This document shows positions 13,985-27,160 of a stretch of DNA of 64,000 nt, piece after piece; position 1 is the stretch's first letter; each line of letters opens with the position of its first letter. The position numbers were made by a program, and so were the translations under genes. The DNA is from the human T2T-CHM13v2.0 reference genome, Homo sapiens. The stretch is taken from NCBI RefSeq assembly GCF_009914755.1, contig NC_060942.1; one strand, 5' to 3'. Under the pieces are notes generated by a model. The model did not search any database and was not told the origin of the DNA. It was given only the letters and a program-made list of their open reading frames with translations.

Positions 13985-14220
13985 AGTGGTGATATAGTAA
14001 ATAGTGTATAAATTTGGGGCTCAGTATTGTATTCTACATATCATATAAATGACCTTAGAAAAGTTACTTGAATTTTCTCTGCCACAATTTCCTCATCTGT
14101 GCAATAGGGATAATGACATTTATCTCACAGATATGTCCATGAAGATCAACTGAGATGACAGATCTAAATTACTTGACATAGTCTTTTTGTCACAGAGTGA
14201 ATTCCCATAAATGCTAGTTC
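13985..14220 (+). mobile_element. MIR SINE
   Basis: 'gaccttagaaaagttacttgaattttctctgccacaatttcctcatctgtgcaatagggataatgac' MIR core. Confidence 0.7.
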
Positions 14221-16107
14221 ATGCTACTTGGATTTCAGGAAATAATAGTTCACATAGACTAAATAAAGGCCAAAGTTATAGTGGTTATAAAGCAGTTACA
14301 GAGACTACTCTGGCTAAAGTATCATATTTGTTTAAGATATTAGAGCAATACTGGTCAACACATAAGTGACCAATTTACATACAGATATATCATTTTAGCA
14401 TATATTCAATGAAGTAACATTTTATAATACATTCTTTTGTCTGGGGATTCTTTTGTAGAAAGAGGCAGAGTGAATGATTGAAGCACATTGTTGTTTAATT
14501 GAAAATACTACTTTCACCTTATGCAAAACAGAGGCACATTAAATCACTACCTTCAAAAAATGTAAATTCCAGGTCAGTAGAGTCATTTGGGGACAATTGA
14601 TGCTTTATAGGTCTGGATAAAGAGGAGATGTCTACTCCTATTTCCAGGAAAAATAACATTTCTAAAAGACTGCCATAAGCTCTCATCTGCAAAATTTCAT
14701 CGATTTGGGACTTTGTCCTTAGGGTAAAAGTAGACTCTTGTTCTCTCTGTTAAGGTGATAACCAAAAAACAGTAGGCCCATATGAAAAGGAGGCATATTT
14801 AACATCTTAACAAAGTACATGGTTTTTAAGCAAGGGGCATTGTATATATTTTCATAAAACAACATATTTGCAATGGTAGCATAGGCAGGCATTCTTCAGG
14901 CCGAATCTCTATTTCCTTCTCTTACAGCCTTGATTCCCTCCAGGCAGCACATGGTTAAATACATTCCAGTTACTACAGGATTTTGAAACTTAAGAACAGG
15001 AAAGCAAAACGAGTAAGAAAGCAAATAAAGAAATACTCTATAAGTCAACCTTTCTTCTTCTATCTCTATACATCATTTCTCCCATACAACCATCTAAATT
15101 ATTTTAGATTCAGTCAAGGTTAGACAACAAAGTTTAATGAGTCCTCTTGTGAATTGAAAAGTGCCTACCACTTAAATGTATTGAATCTCAGGGCTTCTGT
15201 CATTCCCTGATCTGGTCCATAATTGGCCAAAAAGAAATTATTGACACTAGTACTGAGGTCGTTTCTATAAAAATATGAAATCTTATGCATGTAATTTATG
15301 TTTGCACAAATCTACTTTTTTAAAAAAGTATCTTATTTATTTATTTTATGAAGAAATACCCACCACCAGAGAGGCAAATGACCTCTTTGTCGTCAAGTCT
15401 CACTATTCTCTGTAAAGTCTGTAATGCTTTCCTTGTATAGAATAAAGATCATAGACTTCAGGGAAACATGCTACGTCAATGAAGGCCTTTATTGTATTGT
15501 TTCTTTCCTTCTCTTTTGTTCCTTTCCATTTTTTAATATAAATTAACCCTCTCTTCCTTTATCTTGCATGTTTGGATTCTTAACTAGATCATTAACTTTT
15601 CAGAAGACAGAAGACAGCAGCCAATATCTACCTCTAACTGACATTCATTTACAGCAAAGACATACTCTGCAAAGAGCAAGACTCCAACACATTGATTCTG
15701 TCTCTTGTCTTTTCCATCTATATTGGAAACACCTACGTTTCACTTCTTATTTCTGGAGCCACATTGACTGTGGTCCTGTTGTGGATCTCTATGGATATAG
15801 GGGGAAGATATTTCTGAAAGTGATGGAGGGAGATGTCTCTGCCTATTCTTCCCATTAGCCTCCAGCATCACCTACCCCATATGATACAATGTGACATCCA
15901 AATGTCCTTGAGGGAACATCAAAATCTATAAAGGCTAGATGTGTGATAGAACATGAAACACAATGGTGTACAAAATGAGCTATACAAATTGTGAATTCAA
16001 CATCACAATCTTTTGTTCCATTAAAAAATGCTAATTTTTCTTCAAGATAGGGATTACAAATAAAGGTTTATACCATCTTGTGGCAAGTCTACTGCTACTA
16101 CATAGAC

Positions 16108-16632
16108 CAGCGGTCTCCAACATTTTTGGCACCAGTGACTGGTTTTGTGGAAGACAATTTTTCCACAGACCAGGGTGGGGGATGGTTTTGAGATGATTCA
16201 AGCACATTACATGTATTGTACACTTTATTTCTATTATTAGTACATTGTAATAAATAATGAAATAATTACACAACTCACCATAATGTAGAATCAGTGGGAG
16301 CCCTGAGCTTGTTTTCCTGCAACTAGACGGTTCCATCTGGGGGTGATGGGAGACAGTGACAGATCATCAGGCATTAGATTCTCATAAGGAGCATGCAGCC
16401 TAGATCCTTCCCATGTGCAGTTCAAAACAGGGTTTGTGCTCCTATGAGAATCTAATGCTGCCACTGATCTGACGGAGGCAGAGCTCAGGCTGTAATGCCA
16501 GTGATGGGGAGCAGCTGTAAATACAGGTGAAGCTTTGCTCGCTTGCCCACTACTCACCTCCTGCTGTGTAGCCCAGTTCCTAACAGGCCACAGACCAGCA
16601 CTGGTCCATGATCCAGGGGTTGGGGACCCCTG
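16108..16632 (+). mobile_element. MER1A hAT-Charlie non-autonomous DNA transposon, full length
   Basis: TIRs cagcggtctccaac / gttggggacccctg; perfect 8-bp TSD acatagac (16100-16107 and 16633-16640); 525 bp. Confidence 0.95.
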
Positions 16633-17399
16633 ACATAGACTGTTTCTTTGCCTCCTCCCAGCCATTTCAGCCATGCTATGTCCCTGTGTAAGATAAATGA
16701 TTTTAGATAGTAACAAGATTATTTTTTAATTTTCCAGAAAAAAGCATCATCCTCATTTCCCATTTCTTTGTTAATCAGGCAGTGAATAACCTGTGGAAAG
16801 ATTATGCCAATAAGTGACTCTACTAGATCAAGAATTAAATTTTTTTTCCCTTAATAAGCAATTGGGTCTTAGTAAATTCACAAACTGGAATCAAATATCA
16901 TGGCAACTTGCTAGCATACTTTACGGTTTATTCATTATTTAATACATCTCATCGAATTTTGGAGCTGGGAGAGAGTTTGAGAAGTCTAGTGAAGTCTTCT
17001 GGCCTCAGGGAAGACACTCAGAAATAATTTCAAACATAGGAAGACAAATAATTGCTGATGTGACTCTGCATGGGCTAAAATGGCAAGCACATGGCACTCC
17101 AGCCCAGTCAACCTCATAGATACCTGTTCTTTCCTCCCCATCACTATGTACATTTCAACCTATTTTAGAAGGAAATTTATTTCATTTCCTTCTAAAGGAA
17201 TGTATTTCTTTTTACAAAGCTTTTCTTTGATGTTTCAACATATTGTTTTCTTCCAGATTAAAAAAAAGTTTCATCTTCGTAAATTGTAGGGCCTTTTTAC
17301 TTGCCTTTCTGTTGTTACCCTTCTCTTAACTATAAATGCTTTGTTTATTTGCATTTGTCTTCATAGTTTGTTTGCTTGGCCTGGTCCTTCTACGAGTTA

Positions 17400-18200
17400 T
17401 TTAAAAATATATTGATTTTGAAATATTACTTCTACTCCTTAAAAAAAAAGTAATGCAATCACATTCAGGAAGGCATAAAAAATGGAGAAGAAAAATAAAA
17501 TTAGCAAGGGTCTCACCATGGTAGGAAAATCCCTGCTATTGTTCCGATATACTCCTTTCCTGTCTTTTTACCAATACAAAATTTTGTATTGCTTATAGTC
17601 AGAATTTTTCTGCTCTTTACAGTCTGTATTATAGCAAAAGCATTTTTAAGTTTTTGTTAGTCTTCATAATCATCAAATTTTAAATCATCTCGTTGAACAG
17701 CTTTAACATTCTTCTATTTTATGACATTTAAGCGCTGTTTCTATATTTTGTGATTCTACATAATGCTGTAATGAACAATCCTATACATTTACTTAAGATT
17801 ATTTCCTTAGAATCAGTTTCTCAAGATATTTGCATATCTTGATAATTTGCAAATATCAAGATATTTGCATATAAAATGCATAAATATTTGAGGATTTTAA
17901 TATGCATTGCCAAATTTCTTTGTAAAAGATTTGTATCCATTCAGATACAATTCAGAGTGAAACAACAATATTTGGAACTATACATTTCTTCTGACCCTCA
18001 CCATCAAAGTCTATTATACGCTTTTAAAAATTGAAATTTAACAGACCAAAACAATGCATCATTTTTAAAAGTTTAGATTTCTTTTGTTTGTAGTAAGAAT
18101 AAATATTTTTCGTTATAACTCTTTTCCTTTGTGAATTATCTTTTCTCTGTATTTGTCTATCTATTGACTAGTCATTTTAGGCATTTAAAAATATCTGCTT
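17400..18200 (-). mobile_element. Ancient L1M 3'-end fragment
   Basis: L1ME/MC-like 'taatgctgtaatgaacaatc', 'tgcattgccaaattt', 'atttttcgtta..cttttcctttgtgaattatc'; boundaries approximate. Confidence 0.5.
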
Positions 18201-19134
18201 TCAGTTTTTTAAGAAACCTGAAATGCAGGTACCAGGTCTTATAACTTGAATGCATCTGGTTTTTTCCCCCTATTTTTCAACTTCCACCATGTCCCCTAAT
18301 TTTAGTTTACTGTAATTCGAAATATTCATTCTGATTTTCAAGACAGCACAGTTTTTCTCTTTTTAAGGAGCTTTACTTCTTTCATGATTTCACTTTGCTG
18401 ATTTAGTCTCATGTAGTAATTTTGGGTTTTGGCATTATTCTTCAGAAACTTGGCCTGTTGTAGTTCTCATCCACAGTATAGTGCTTGCTCGAGTCTAGGA
18501 TCACCTCCTAATTAGTTTAACCATGGATTGCCAATCTAGAGTGGCCTGCCAGTCTGATTTCTGTCCCCACTCGTTAATGGAAAGCCCTTTAAGACTGTAT
18601 AGAATTTAAAAACCTTGTAATTTAGCAGATTTCCTCTTCGTCCCATGACACATCCTCCAGAGTGTTGGGATGATAAAATAATAGGAAGAGCACAAGGCTG
18701 GTGAACGTGATTTTGTTTTCTTGGCCACAGACTTTTCATTCCCAAGGTATAACACTCATGTCTGTTAGCTAAGCTCTGGAAAGAAATAATCAGAAACAGG
18801 TGATGGCCTCGAAAACATCATGGAATCAGTTCCTGAGCAATTGACTGCTCTCCAAAATGATGCCCGGGGCATGTTTAAGGGAAATTCAAAAGAGTATAAA
18901 TGTGGCAAGCAGTTCCAAGTCATGTCTGGGGCAAAAGAGGTATCACAGTGCGATATAGAATATTGATTAGGGTGAGCAACAGAACAGGATCTGTGATTTC
19001 AAGACTTGCAGGTCATATTGGTATGACAGCCTCCTAACTTCTTAAGCTAGGGTTGTATTATTCTCTACCCTTTGGTCAGTCTCCTAAGAGATGGTCACTG
19101 TTTTCTTTTATCCACTTTAAACATGTAAGACGCA

Positions 19135-19330
19135 ACAGGGTTGAGGAGAGAGTGTGGGCTTTGTGACCAAACAGACCTGTATATTCATGAGCAAATGACT
19201 TAATGTGTTTAAGACTCAACATCTTCAACTGTAAAATGGAAACATTAGAAATATACTTGTCCAGGTTATTGTGAACATTAGAAGTAGTGTGTAAAATGTC
19301 TGGCTCAGATCTTAGCAAATGGTGGGTTTC
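19135..19330 (+). mobile_element. MIR SINE
   Basis: 'ctcaacatcttcaactgtaaaatggaa...ggttattgtgaacattaga' MIR core. Confidence 0.65.
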
Positions 19331-21489
19331 CATAAATGATATTCTGGCTGCTGTTGCTGTTTTTATTAGTGTATAGGGTTAATCTTGAGCTGTGACCTTG
19401 TTATACATCAGAAATTACCCTTTGGAGAGCTGAGCTGAGATCCAAGTGTGTAGAAACTGCTAATTCATACTGCAGTGCTTTTGGCTGGGAGTGGGAAAAA
19501 ATATTAATCATTCCCACATCAGTGCTGCTTTCTTCAGGGAAAAAATACTTTTGGGTTTTTTTGTATTTTCACTGTATTATATTTTTGCAGGATGTGTAAC
19601 GTTGATTATAGTAGAAAGGGGAAAGAGAAATTTGCAATATTGCTATTTAGCTATTTGCGGGAGTTAAGAAGGCACAGTGACGGTTTCATTAACCTTTGTA
19701 CTCCCTGGAAATCATGATAGTGCTATCCGTAATCCAAAAAGTGATACACAGTATCATTTAGCTAAAGGAAATATTCATTTACCATCTATAAACTAGATCT
19801 ACCCTAAGGATCAAAGTCTTATTTATTAAATTAGAAAACAGACTTGAAAAAGTACTTAAATTCATGATCAAATTCCCCTCCCCACTACTTGGCTAACTTA
19901 AAATAAATAGAATGCACTAGGAAAGTAATAAGAAAGAAAAGTCATGGATCAATGATTTCAGCCTGATAGTGTAGGCCCCCATATAAAGGGAATGTTCAAA
20001 CATCCCTTGCCATCACCTCTAAAGATATAAAGCACTGCAAGAAATTCCAGTCGACAATGACTGAAAATAGATTGGCAACCATAAATTAAAATTAAGGAGT
20101 TTAAATATGATTTAAAATCATTTAATCTTGATGATTTATGCTGGTTCTCAGAGGCAATTGTTGACTAACACTTATGTTTATTGCTCTTTTGACTTTTTTA
20201 AATTACGGTAAACCCAAAATTCAATTATACTCTCTAGTATATATTTCGAGCAATAGTATTGTAAATAAAAAGATAGCCAATTAATAATGTGCCTAGTCTA
20301 GCAAAGCTAAATCAAGTATAATACAAAACATGGTGTAACTTGATAGAAATTTGAAAGCTGCAGAAAAGATCCCATCTGCTTATGCTGGAAAATCTGAAGG
20401 TTGGAAATGATGATCACTTTTTCTTTTTAAAAAATTGAAGAGCTCTTTAATAAATGACTTCTAACAGGTTATATAAGTTATAACTTTCTAAGTTTAGAGG
20501 TGATTAAAAATATATATATTTGAAAACTGCAACTTTCTAATCAATAATCAAGTTGTGATTTTTAAGCAAAACTCTATTGTTTTGTGGGCTTATCTCCTTT
20601 AACATCTCCCACTGGCATATGCTTTGAGAATGATATAGGCCGATCCAGCTGTGTTTTGGGTTCCTTAAACATCTCACACTATTCCTCAAATGTTTGGGGT
20701 TTGAGAAAACCCCAAATGCATTTGGCCAAGCACATTTTCTCTTGATTTTTAAACACATGTGGGTTTTATGAGAAATTTAATCCATGTGTTTTTGATTCCT
20801 TTACACTTAACTCATCAAAATGTTGTTGTGTAAGGTCTCTTTGATGTCCAAGAAGCTTTTGGAGTTTCTGCTTTTTTTTTTTTTTTTTAATGGGATACTT
20901 TAATCCTTTTTTCTTAGAAACAGGAAGTTGCACGATGCCAAGAAAAAATAAATGCCTACAAAATACGGTGGTGTTTGAGCATTTTAAAACCCTAGGGTTC
21001 AATTTGGTTCAGAATTTGACTGACATAAGTCTCCTGGTCATTAATTTCTTGTTAAATTTGTTGCTTCTTGGAGGTTTTTGAAACAATAAAAAGTTATGTT
21101 TTGCTTCAGGAGAAAAGATAAAGGTGGTAAAAAATCACAGAGGGTTTTTAAATGGATGGTGACATACTATAAATGAAGTTAGCATTTTAACCTCTCTGTG
21201 TCTACTAAAAGAGGCTCTGTAAATTGAGGATTAAGTATGTCTTGCTCTATATGCCACATCCGGGCCTGGAGAAAGGGTTACAGTGAAAGGAAAAACTCAC
21301 TCAAAATGTCAAAATAGGGTTGAGCTTAGCTTTCCCAAATGTTGGGAAACAAGTGCATGAGCTTTAATAGCATTTGTAATTCAATGTGTCACAAAGAAAT
21401 TAGAAAAATGTCACATATACATATATAAATGGGGGGTTATAAAATGAGAAGTGTGTGGACAAAGGAAGGCGTCATGGTGGATTTCTGTG

Positions 21490-21770
21490 AAATAATAATA
21501 ATTGTACTTGCCTTCTAGAATGGCCATGAAGTTTAAATTAGTTAATGCCTATAGCATACTTAAGACAGTGCCTGGCACATTGTAGGTGCTCAGTAGGTAC
21601 GGCTAATTTTATTGTTCAGAGTCAGACTAAATCTAGGTTTGATTCCAGCTCCAGGAGTTATTGTAACCTTGAACAAGTCCCTTCTTTCCTCAACCTCAGT
21701 GTCCTCCTCTTTCAGAAGTCCTCTAAGAATTACTGTGAGGTTTATGCGAACATGATATAGCACCTAGGGG
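21490..21770 (+). mobile_element. Adjacent MIR fragments
   Basis: 'cacttaagacagtgcctggcacattgtaggtgctcagta' (MIR 3' end) and 'tgtaaccttgaacaagtccc...aacctcagtgtcctcctct'. Confidence 0.65.
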
Positions 21771-23044
21771 TCTTTTATGCATGAATACATGAAATATCAC
21801 CTGTTTTCTTATGAGGAAGGAATAAGCCCAAAGTCACAGAATTGTGAATCATTGACCAAGGGTTTGAACTCAGTTCTTCTGTTACATAGTCCATGTTCAT
21901 GCTATTGCTTTTTAAGAAAACAGGTAACACCTCATAAAAATAGAAAGAAAGATCAAGAAATAGAAAGCTGATGGTTTTGCAAGAACTGTCAGGGGCCAAT
22001 ACCTTAATATAAGACCTGCCATTACTTCTTTCTTTGAGGGTCATCCATTTGAAATGTGACAGTCTTTCCAGAATCATGAAGTTAGACCATGTTGAAGCAA
22101 AGAAAAGAGTTGTGTTTATGAAAGACAATTTTTCTGGTGACATGGTCTCCATTTTGCCAGTTCTGAGCCTAGACAAGCTGGAACAGAAAGCCTAGGAGTC
22201 TTTTTCTGGGTTCTCTTAGTTTGCTCCCTCTTTTGTAAAGCTCATATTTGAGATTAGATGTTAGAATTTAATGCTAGGGGCAAGGAGGACAGATAGACAC
22301 TATTATTATAGAGACCTTGTTATCTCTCCAATAATATTGTGAAATTGAGGAAATACGTCTCATTAAAATCATTAGCTTCAGCCCATTCTATTAACAACAT
22401 CAGAATTCGTCTACCAATTAAAATGACAAAAATTTTATCTTACAACGTCTGGAAGTTATCACAAATCATCAGTGCCTCCAGTTCACTGATCCAGGAGACT
22501 GGAATAGCAGTGGAGGTCAACAAATACCTAAATAATTTGTGTATTTTACTAGTTACCTGCCTATGAGGTAGATAAGAATTAGCTAAGATTACCTGCCTAT
22601 CAGATAACTAAGAAATACACAACTCGTTTAGCTATAATCAATTTGTTAAGTAAACAGAGCGGGAAATACTGGCATTTCACATCTCTATGGCCAATTTAAG
22701 ATCAACCAGATATGAAATTAATAATGTAAATTGATGAGAATTTTTTCTCAAACTACAAAATTATTACTTTGTATTGTACTTTCAAAAACATCTTTTGGGC
22801 AAAGTGAGTGGGCCTGTATTATGTTTTATTGGGAAGAAATCTATGCTTATGTTGCGTTTTTGCTTATACTTTGCACAAATCCGTAGACAAAACGATAGTA
22901 TTATTTTCATTGTAGGTTCCATGAATGATAATGTGGAAGAATAACGTACTATAAATTAATGATAAACAATATGATAGATCGTAGATTTTCAACCAAATTC
23001 TCACACTGTTAGCCGTATTTGCTATTTATATATTTATTTAAATA

Positions 23045-23250
23045 ATAGCAACTTTTATTGAACAATTGACATTTAACAGGTACTGTTCTTGGTATATTAC
23101 AGAAATTAATTCATTAAATCTGCACATGTGGATATTATTATTATTTTCATTTTACAGATGAACATTAACAAAATAGAGTTGCAGGTTAAATTACTTGCCC
23201 AAGATTACTCAGCTGGTAAGTGGCAGTGCCTGGAATACAAAGCTTTTACC
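23045..23250 (-). mobile_element. MIR SINE
   Basis: 'cattttacagatgaa...gttaaattacttgcccaagattactcagctggtaagtggcag'. Confidence 0.7.
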
Positions 23251-23924
23251 TAACATATGGATTATTTGAAAGGGTCACCCATTCTATGACTCTTGGGGTT
23301 ATAAGCATAGCTTTCCTCCTTCGCATAGGTTGGCCCTCCATGGATATATGGTATAGAGTCCTTGGGGTAGTGTCTGTGTTTATTTAATCTTTGTGTCACC
23401 AAAGGACTAAGCAAGTTTCTTGTCCACAGCTGTTAGTAAGTACCAAATCTCACTTTCTTTTTTTTCAAATGAAAATGTGTCTCTACATTCAGTAAATCTG
23501 ACCATAAAGAGTGTTTTGCAGAAACATGATGTCCACAGATTTTAATAAGTCATTGAGAGGGTCAAAAGAGCAGACCATTGTCAGCCATCTGGGAGAGGGA
23601 GCAAAGAATTCTTCTAAGGTTTGTGCCCAGGGAAAGCCTGGACAGCATGCCTTGGAAATGAATGAATAAACTGAGCCCAGAGCCTTGAATTACGTGGTAC
23701 TGCAACTTTTCATGATGCTTCTCATCATACTTCTAACCAAACAAACCAAAGATGCAAGTCCTCTCCAGAAAGCCTTACTACAGTATTGAAAACTCAACTC
23801 CAGACTCAGTTAAAAAAAAGGCAAGAGAAAAAAAACTAAGGCAACAGGAAGACTAGGTAATTGTCATGCTTCATGGTATAGAAAGCCTTAGAACTTATTT
23901 AGTGGTTAATTTCTTTCACTACAC

Positions 23925-24690
23925 TTTTTATTTTGAATAATTTTAGATTTATAGGAAAGTTGCTAAGATAGTATAGACAGCTGCTGTATACCCTTCACCT
24001 AGTGTTCCCTAATGCTTAAAATCTTATGTAACCATGATTGGTAAAGTTGTCAAAAGCTAAGACATTGACATTGGTACAATACTTCTGTGGTTTGGATCTT
24101 TGTCTCCTCCAAACCTCATGTTGAAATTTGATCTGCAGTGTTGGAGGTGGAGCCTATAAGGGAAGTGTTTGGGTTATGCAGATGAATCCTTCATAAATAG
24201 ATTAATGCCCTACCTACGTGGAGGTGGGGGTGAGTGAGTTTTCACTCTATTAGTTTCCAAGGGAGCTGATTGTTAAAAAGAGCCTGGCACCTTCCACTCC
24301 TCATTCTTTCCTCCCTCTCACCCTGTGATCTCTGCACACTCTGGCTCTCCTTCACTTTCTGCCAGGGGTGGAAGTAGCTTGAGGCCTTCACCAGATAACC
24401 AATCTTGAACATTTCTAGACATCAAAATCATGACCCAAATAAATCTTCTTTTCTTTATAAATTACTCAGTCTCAAGTATTCCTTTATAGCAACACCAAAT
24501 GGATTAAGACAAATACTATGTACTTAACTACAGACTTTATTTGGTTTTCACCCGTTTTCCCACTCATATCCTTTTTTGGTTCCTGGTCTAATACAGGAGA
24601 CCACACAGCACTTACCTATCTCATCTTCTAGTCTTCTCTAACCTGTGACATTTTGTGCATCTTTTCTTTTTCATCAGTTGCGTCAACTTT
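23925..24690 (-). mobile_element. Old L1MC-type 3' end, split by an MST LTR
   Basis: 'tattttgaataattttagatttataggaaagttgc...cattggtacaatac' continues after the LTR as 'tatgtacttaactacagactttatttgg'. Confidence 0.6.
24083..24511 (+). mobile_element. MaLR solo LTR, MSTB1-like
   Basis: 'tgtggtttggat...aaacctcatgttgaaatttgat...ttctttataaattactcagtctcaagtattcctttatagcaacaccaaatggattaagaca'; perfect 5-bp TSD aatac (24078-24082, 24512-24516). Confidence 0.9.
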
Positions 24691-24754
24691 TAAATAAACG
24701 GGAGTTCTTAGATTAAACTGTTTTATGTGTATGTGTATGTGTGTGCATATACAC

Positions 24755-25040
24755 AGAATGGTCAGGGATAGTTCTCTGGAGGTGACACTGAAGCAGAGAC
24801 CTAAGTTTAAATGAGAAGAACCAAAGGATGAAAAGATCTAGGAAAGAATTCCAAGTACAGTGGGCAGCAAATACAAAGGCCCTAAGGCTGGAAGGCAGGA
24901 AGAAGTGTGATGTGTTCAAGAGTCATGGAAATCCAGGATGGCTGGAGTGGAGTGGCAAGAGGGTAAATGATGGGGAAGAGATTGAAGAGGTTCAACAGGT
25001 AGCTAGGGCCATATCTTGTATGGCTTGGAGACCATGGTGC
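24755..25040 (-). mobile_element. L2 LINE fragment
   Basis: 'ctctggaggtgacactgaagcagagacct...agcaaatacaaaggccctaaggctgg...ggctggagtggagtg' typical L2a/b antisense. Confidence 0.7.
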
Positions 25041-25059
25041 AAATGTAATATTGGTAAAA

Positions 25060-25888
25060 TGATAGAGGCAGGAGGCAGAAAAATTCTAGGTAGACAGGGA
25101 CGGGTCCGTGGCAAAACCCCGTCTTCAAGCCCCAAAACCTGAAACCTGTGGCTCAAAGTGAGAAGTTCTATCTCTGTTCCCTCATTCAAATGTTGCCTTT
25201 TCCTGAACTACCCAGGGCCCGCCTACCCCATCCTGTGCCTATAAAGACCCCAAACTCAGCTGGCAGAGAGGAGAAGCAGCCAGACATTGGGAAGAAGCAG
25301 TTGAACATTAAAGAGAGGAAGCTTGAGTTCGGAAGAGAGAGGCAGATAGGCAGCTTGACTTCAGGGGAGAGCGACCTTCCCTTCCCATCCTCTTTCCAGC
25401 TCCCTTCACCACTGATAGCCATTTTTATCACTGGACAATATTCTTCACATTCACCATCCTTCCATTTGTCCATATGACCTCATTCCTCTTGGGCACTGGA
25501 CAAGAATTCAGGACACACTGGGTGCAGGTCACCAAAAAGGCTGTCACCCTGCCTTTGCCCTTGCTGGCAGAAGGCAGCCACCCCATGTGACAAGGCAGGG
25601 GGCCCACTGAGTTGATAACACACTGCTCTCTGCAAACAGCAGAGATAAGAGAGCACTGTAACATGCCCTCTGGGCCTTGGGGTCAGAGGCATCCCTGCCT
25701 GGACACTGCTGTGGGGCCTGCGTAGTGTTTACACCTACAGGTGCCAAAGTTCCTGCACTCTCTCACTCCAGTTCCTGCACTCATTTGCTCACATGCTCCC
25801 TCCCATGAGGGGTAGACAGAGGCAGGCTGAGTAAATGAGGCACCCCTGTTGCTAGTCCCACAAAGGGTCAAGAAAATATCTTGCATCA
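25060..25888 (+). mobile_element. ERV1 solo LTR, LTR27/LTR1-related
   Basis: Starts tgatagaggcaggaggcag, ends cttgcatca; internal 'cctgtgcctataaagaccc' TATA and 'aaaggctgtcaccctg...cccactgag' motifs; TSD not evident. Confidence 0.8.
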
Positions 25889-26889
25889 ATATCTTTTCCA
25901 GAAGATTCCCTTTGTGCCTTTTACAATAGAAAAAAATAATTCTCCAAAAATTAACTGTAGGTGGAATTAAACCGTGACTACACATATTTAGATATTTCTC
26001 TGACCACCAGTACCAATCCATGCTCATTCTTGAGAAGTTAAACAGATACCTGGCTGCCTTCTGAGACTGTCCAGCAATACTTGCTTTTCCATGTGAGGAC
26101 CCATCTGAACAAGCTAAAAGGAGTAGCCAATATTGTATAGCTCTCTAGGTACTTGATGATCTATTAGCTGTTACATCTTTCATTCCCCCTAGAAACCATT
26201 TCTCCACCTTAATCTACCTCCACCTCCATTGCTCCACCAATCAAATTTATGCAAGTTACCAAATATGATAACATTAAAGTGAATCATATAATTATTTTCA
26301 TGATCTGAAGAAAAGATTGTATCCTTGTAAGAGAAGGGTAAGAAAGTATATAGTCTCAGAATGATTATTTTCTCTCCAAATTCCTTCCTTAAAGTGGCTT
26401 GTGCAATCTCTTGATTTTCTTCTGTTGAGCTATACAGTTCATCATCTGAACACCACTCTGTCATTGGACCCTTGTCTTATATATGATAGACAACAAAAGA
26501 GTGGTTTGTGAGCCATCGGTGTTGTTGCTTCTGCAAAAGCTGTTGTATAAATAAAATTGGAAAATTTCAAAAGCAATAAGTAAAACTTCAGCCACCTCTC
26601 TCAATAGAGCTCTTCAAATCTTCTGTCATCCACAAAAATAAAGGGTATAAATTGGAATTGATTTTTTATGAAGCCTTCATAAAAATAAATATAAACATTT
26701 AGAAACATCTGTTGGATGGCTCAAGAATTGTATTTTTATTATTTTTGAAAGAGTTCACCTTTAAAGATCTGGGACCAATTAAATCTGACAATGTATAAAA
26801 TCAATCAGACATATAGATACACAAAATGGGAAAGGATCATCACAAATGTGCTTTTCTTGTTGATCTTAGGCAACTTCAGCTTTTCACTG

Positions 26890-27160
26890 CATAGCACAGT
26901 AGGTACTACCATGGGCTTTAGAGATATACAGTCCTGGTTTTACCTCCTGGATCTGCCACTTATTCGCTCTGTGACCTTGGATAAGTTACTGAAACGTTTC
27001 TAATCTTCAGTTTATAGATTTTTAAAATGGAAATAATAATATTTCTACCATCTAGAATGATTGTGAAGATTAAATGAGATAATTTACATCAAGGGTTTAA
27101 CATATTTTAAATGAGTTTAACTCATTTTAAATGGTCAATAAAAGTTAACTATTAACATTA
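26890..27160 (+). mobile_element. MIR SINE
   Basis: 'tctgccacttattcgctctgtgaccttggataagttact...ttgtgaagattaaatgagataat'. Confidence 0.75.

Noticed and set aside
16031-16716. 101- and 141-aa minus-strand ORFs, and the ORF cluster at 24828-26027
   Set aside because: They overlap MER1A, L2 and LTR27-like repeats and show no protein motifs; spurious
26663-26685. Palindrome tttttatgaag-c-cttcataaaaa (also atttcataa-a-ttatgaaat near 58884)
   Set aside because: Short and AT-rich; expected by chance or local slippage in 64 kb, with no MITE-like TSD
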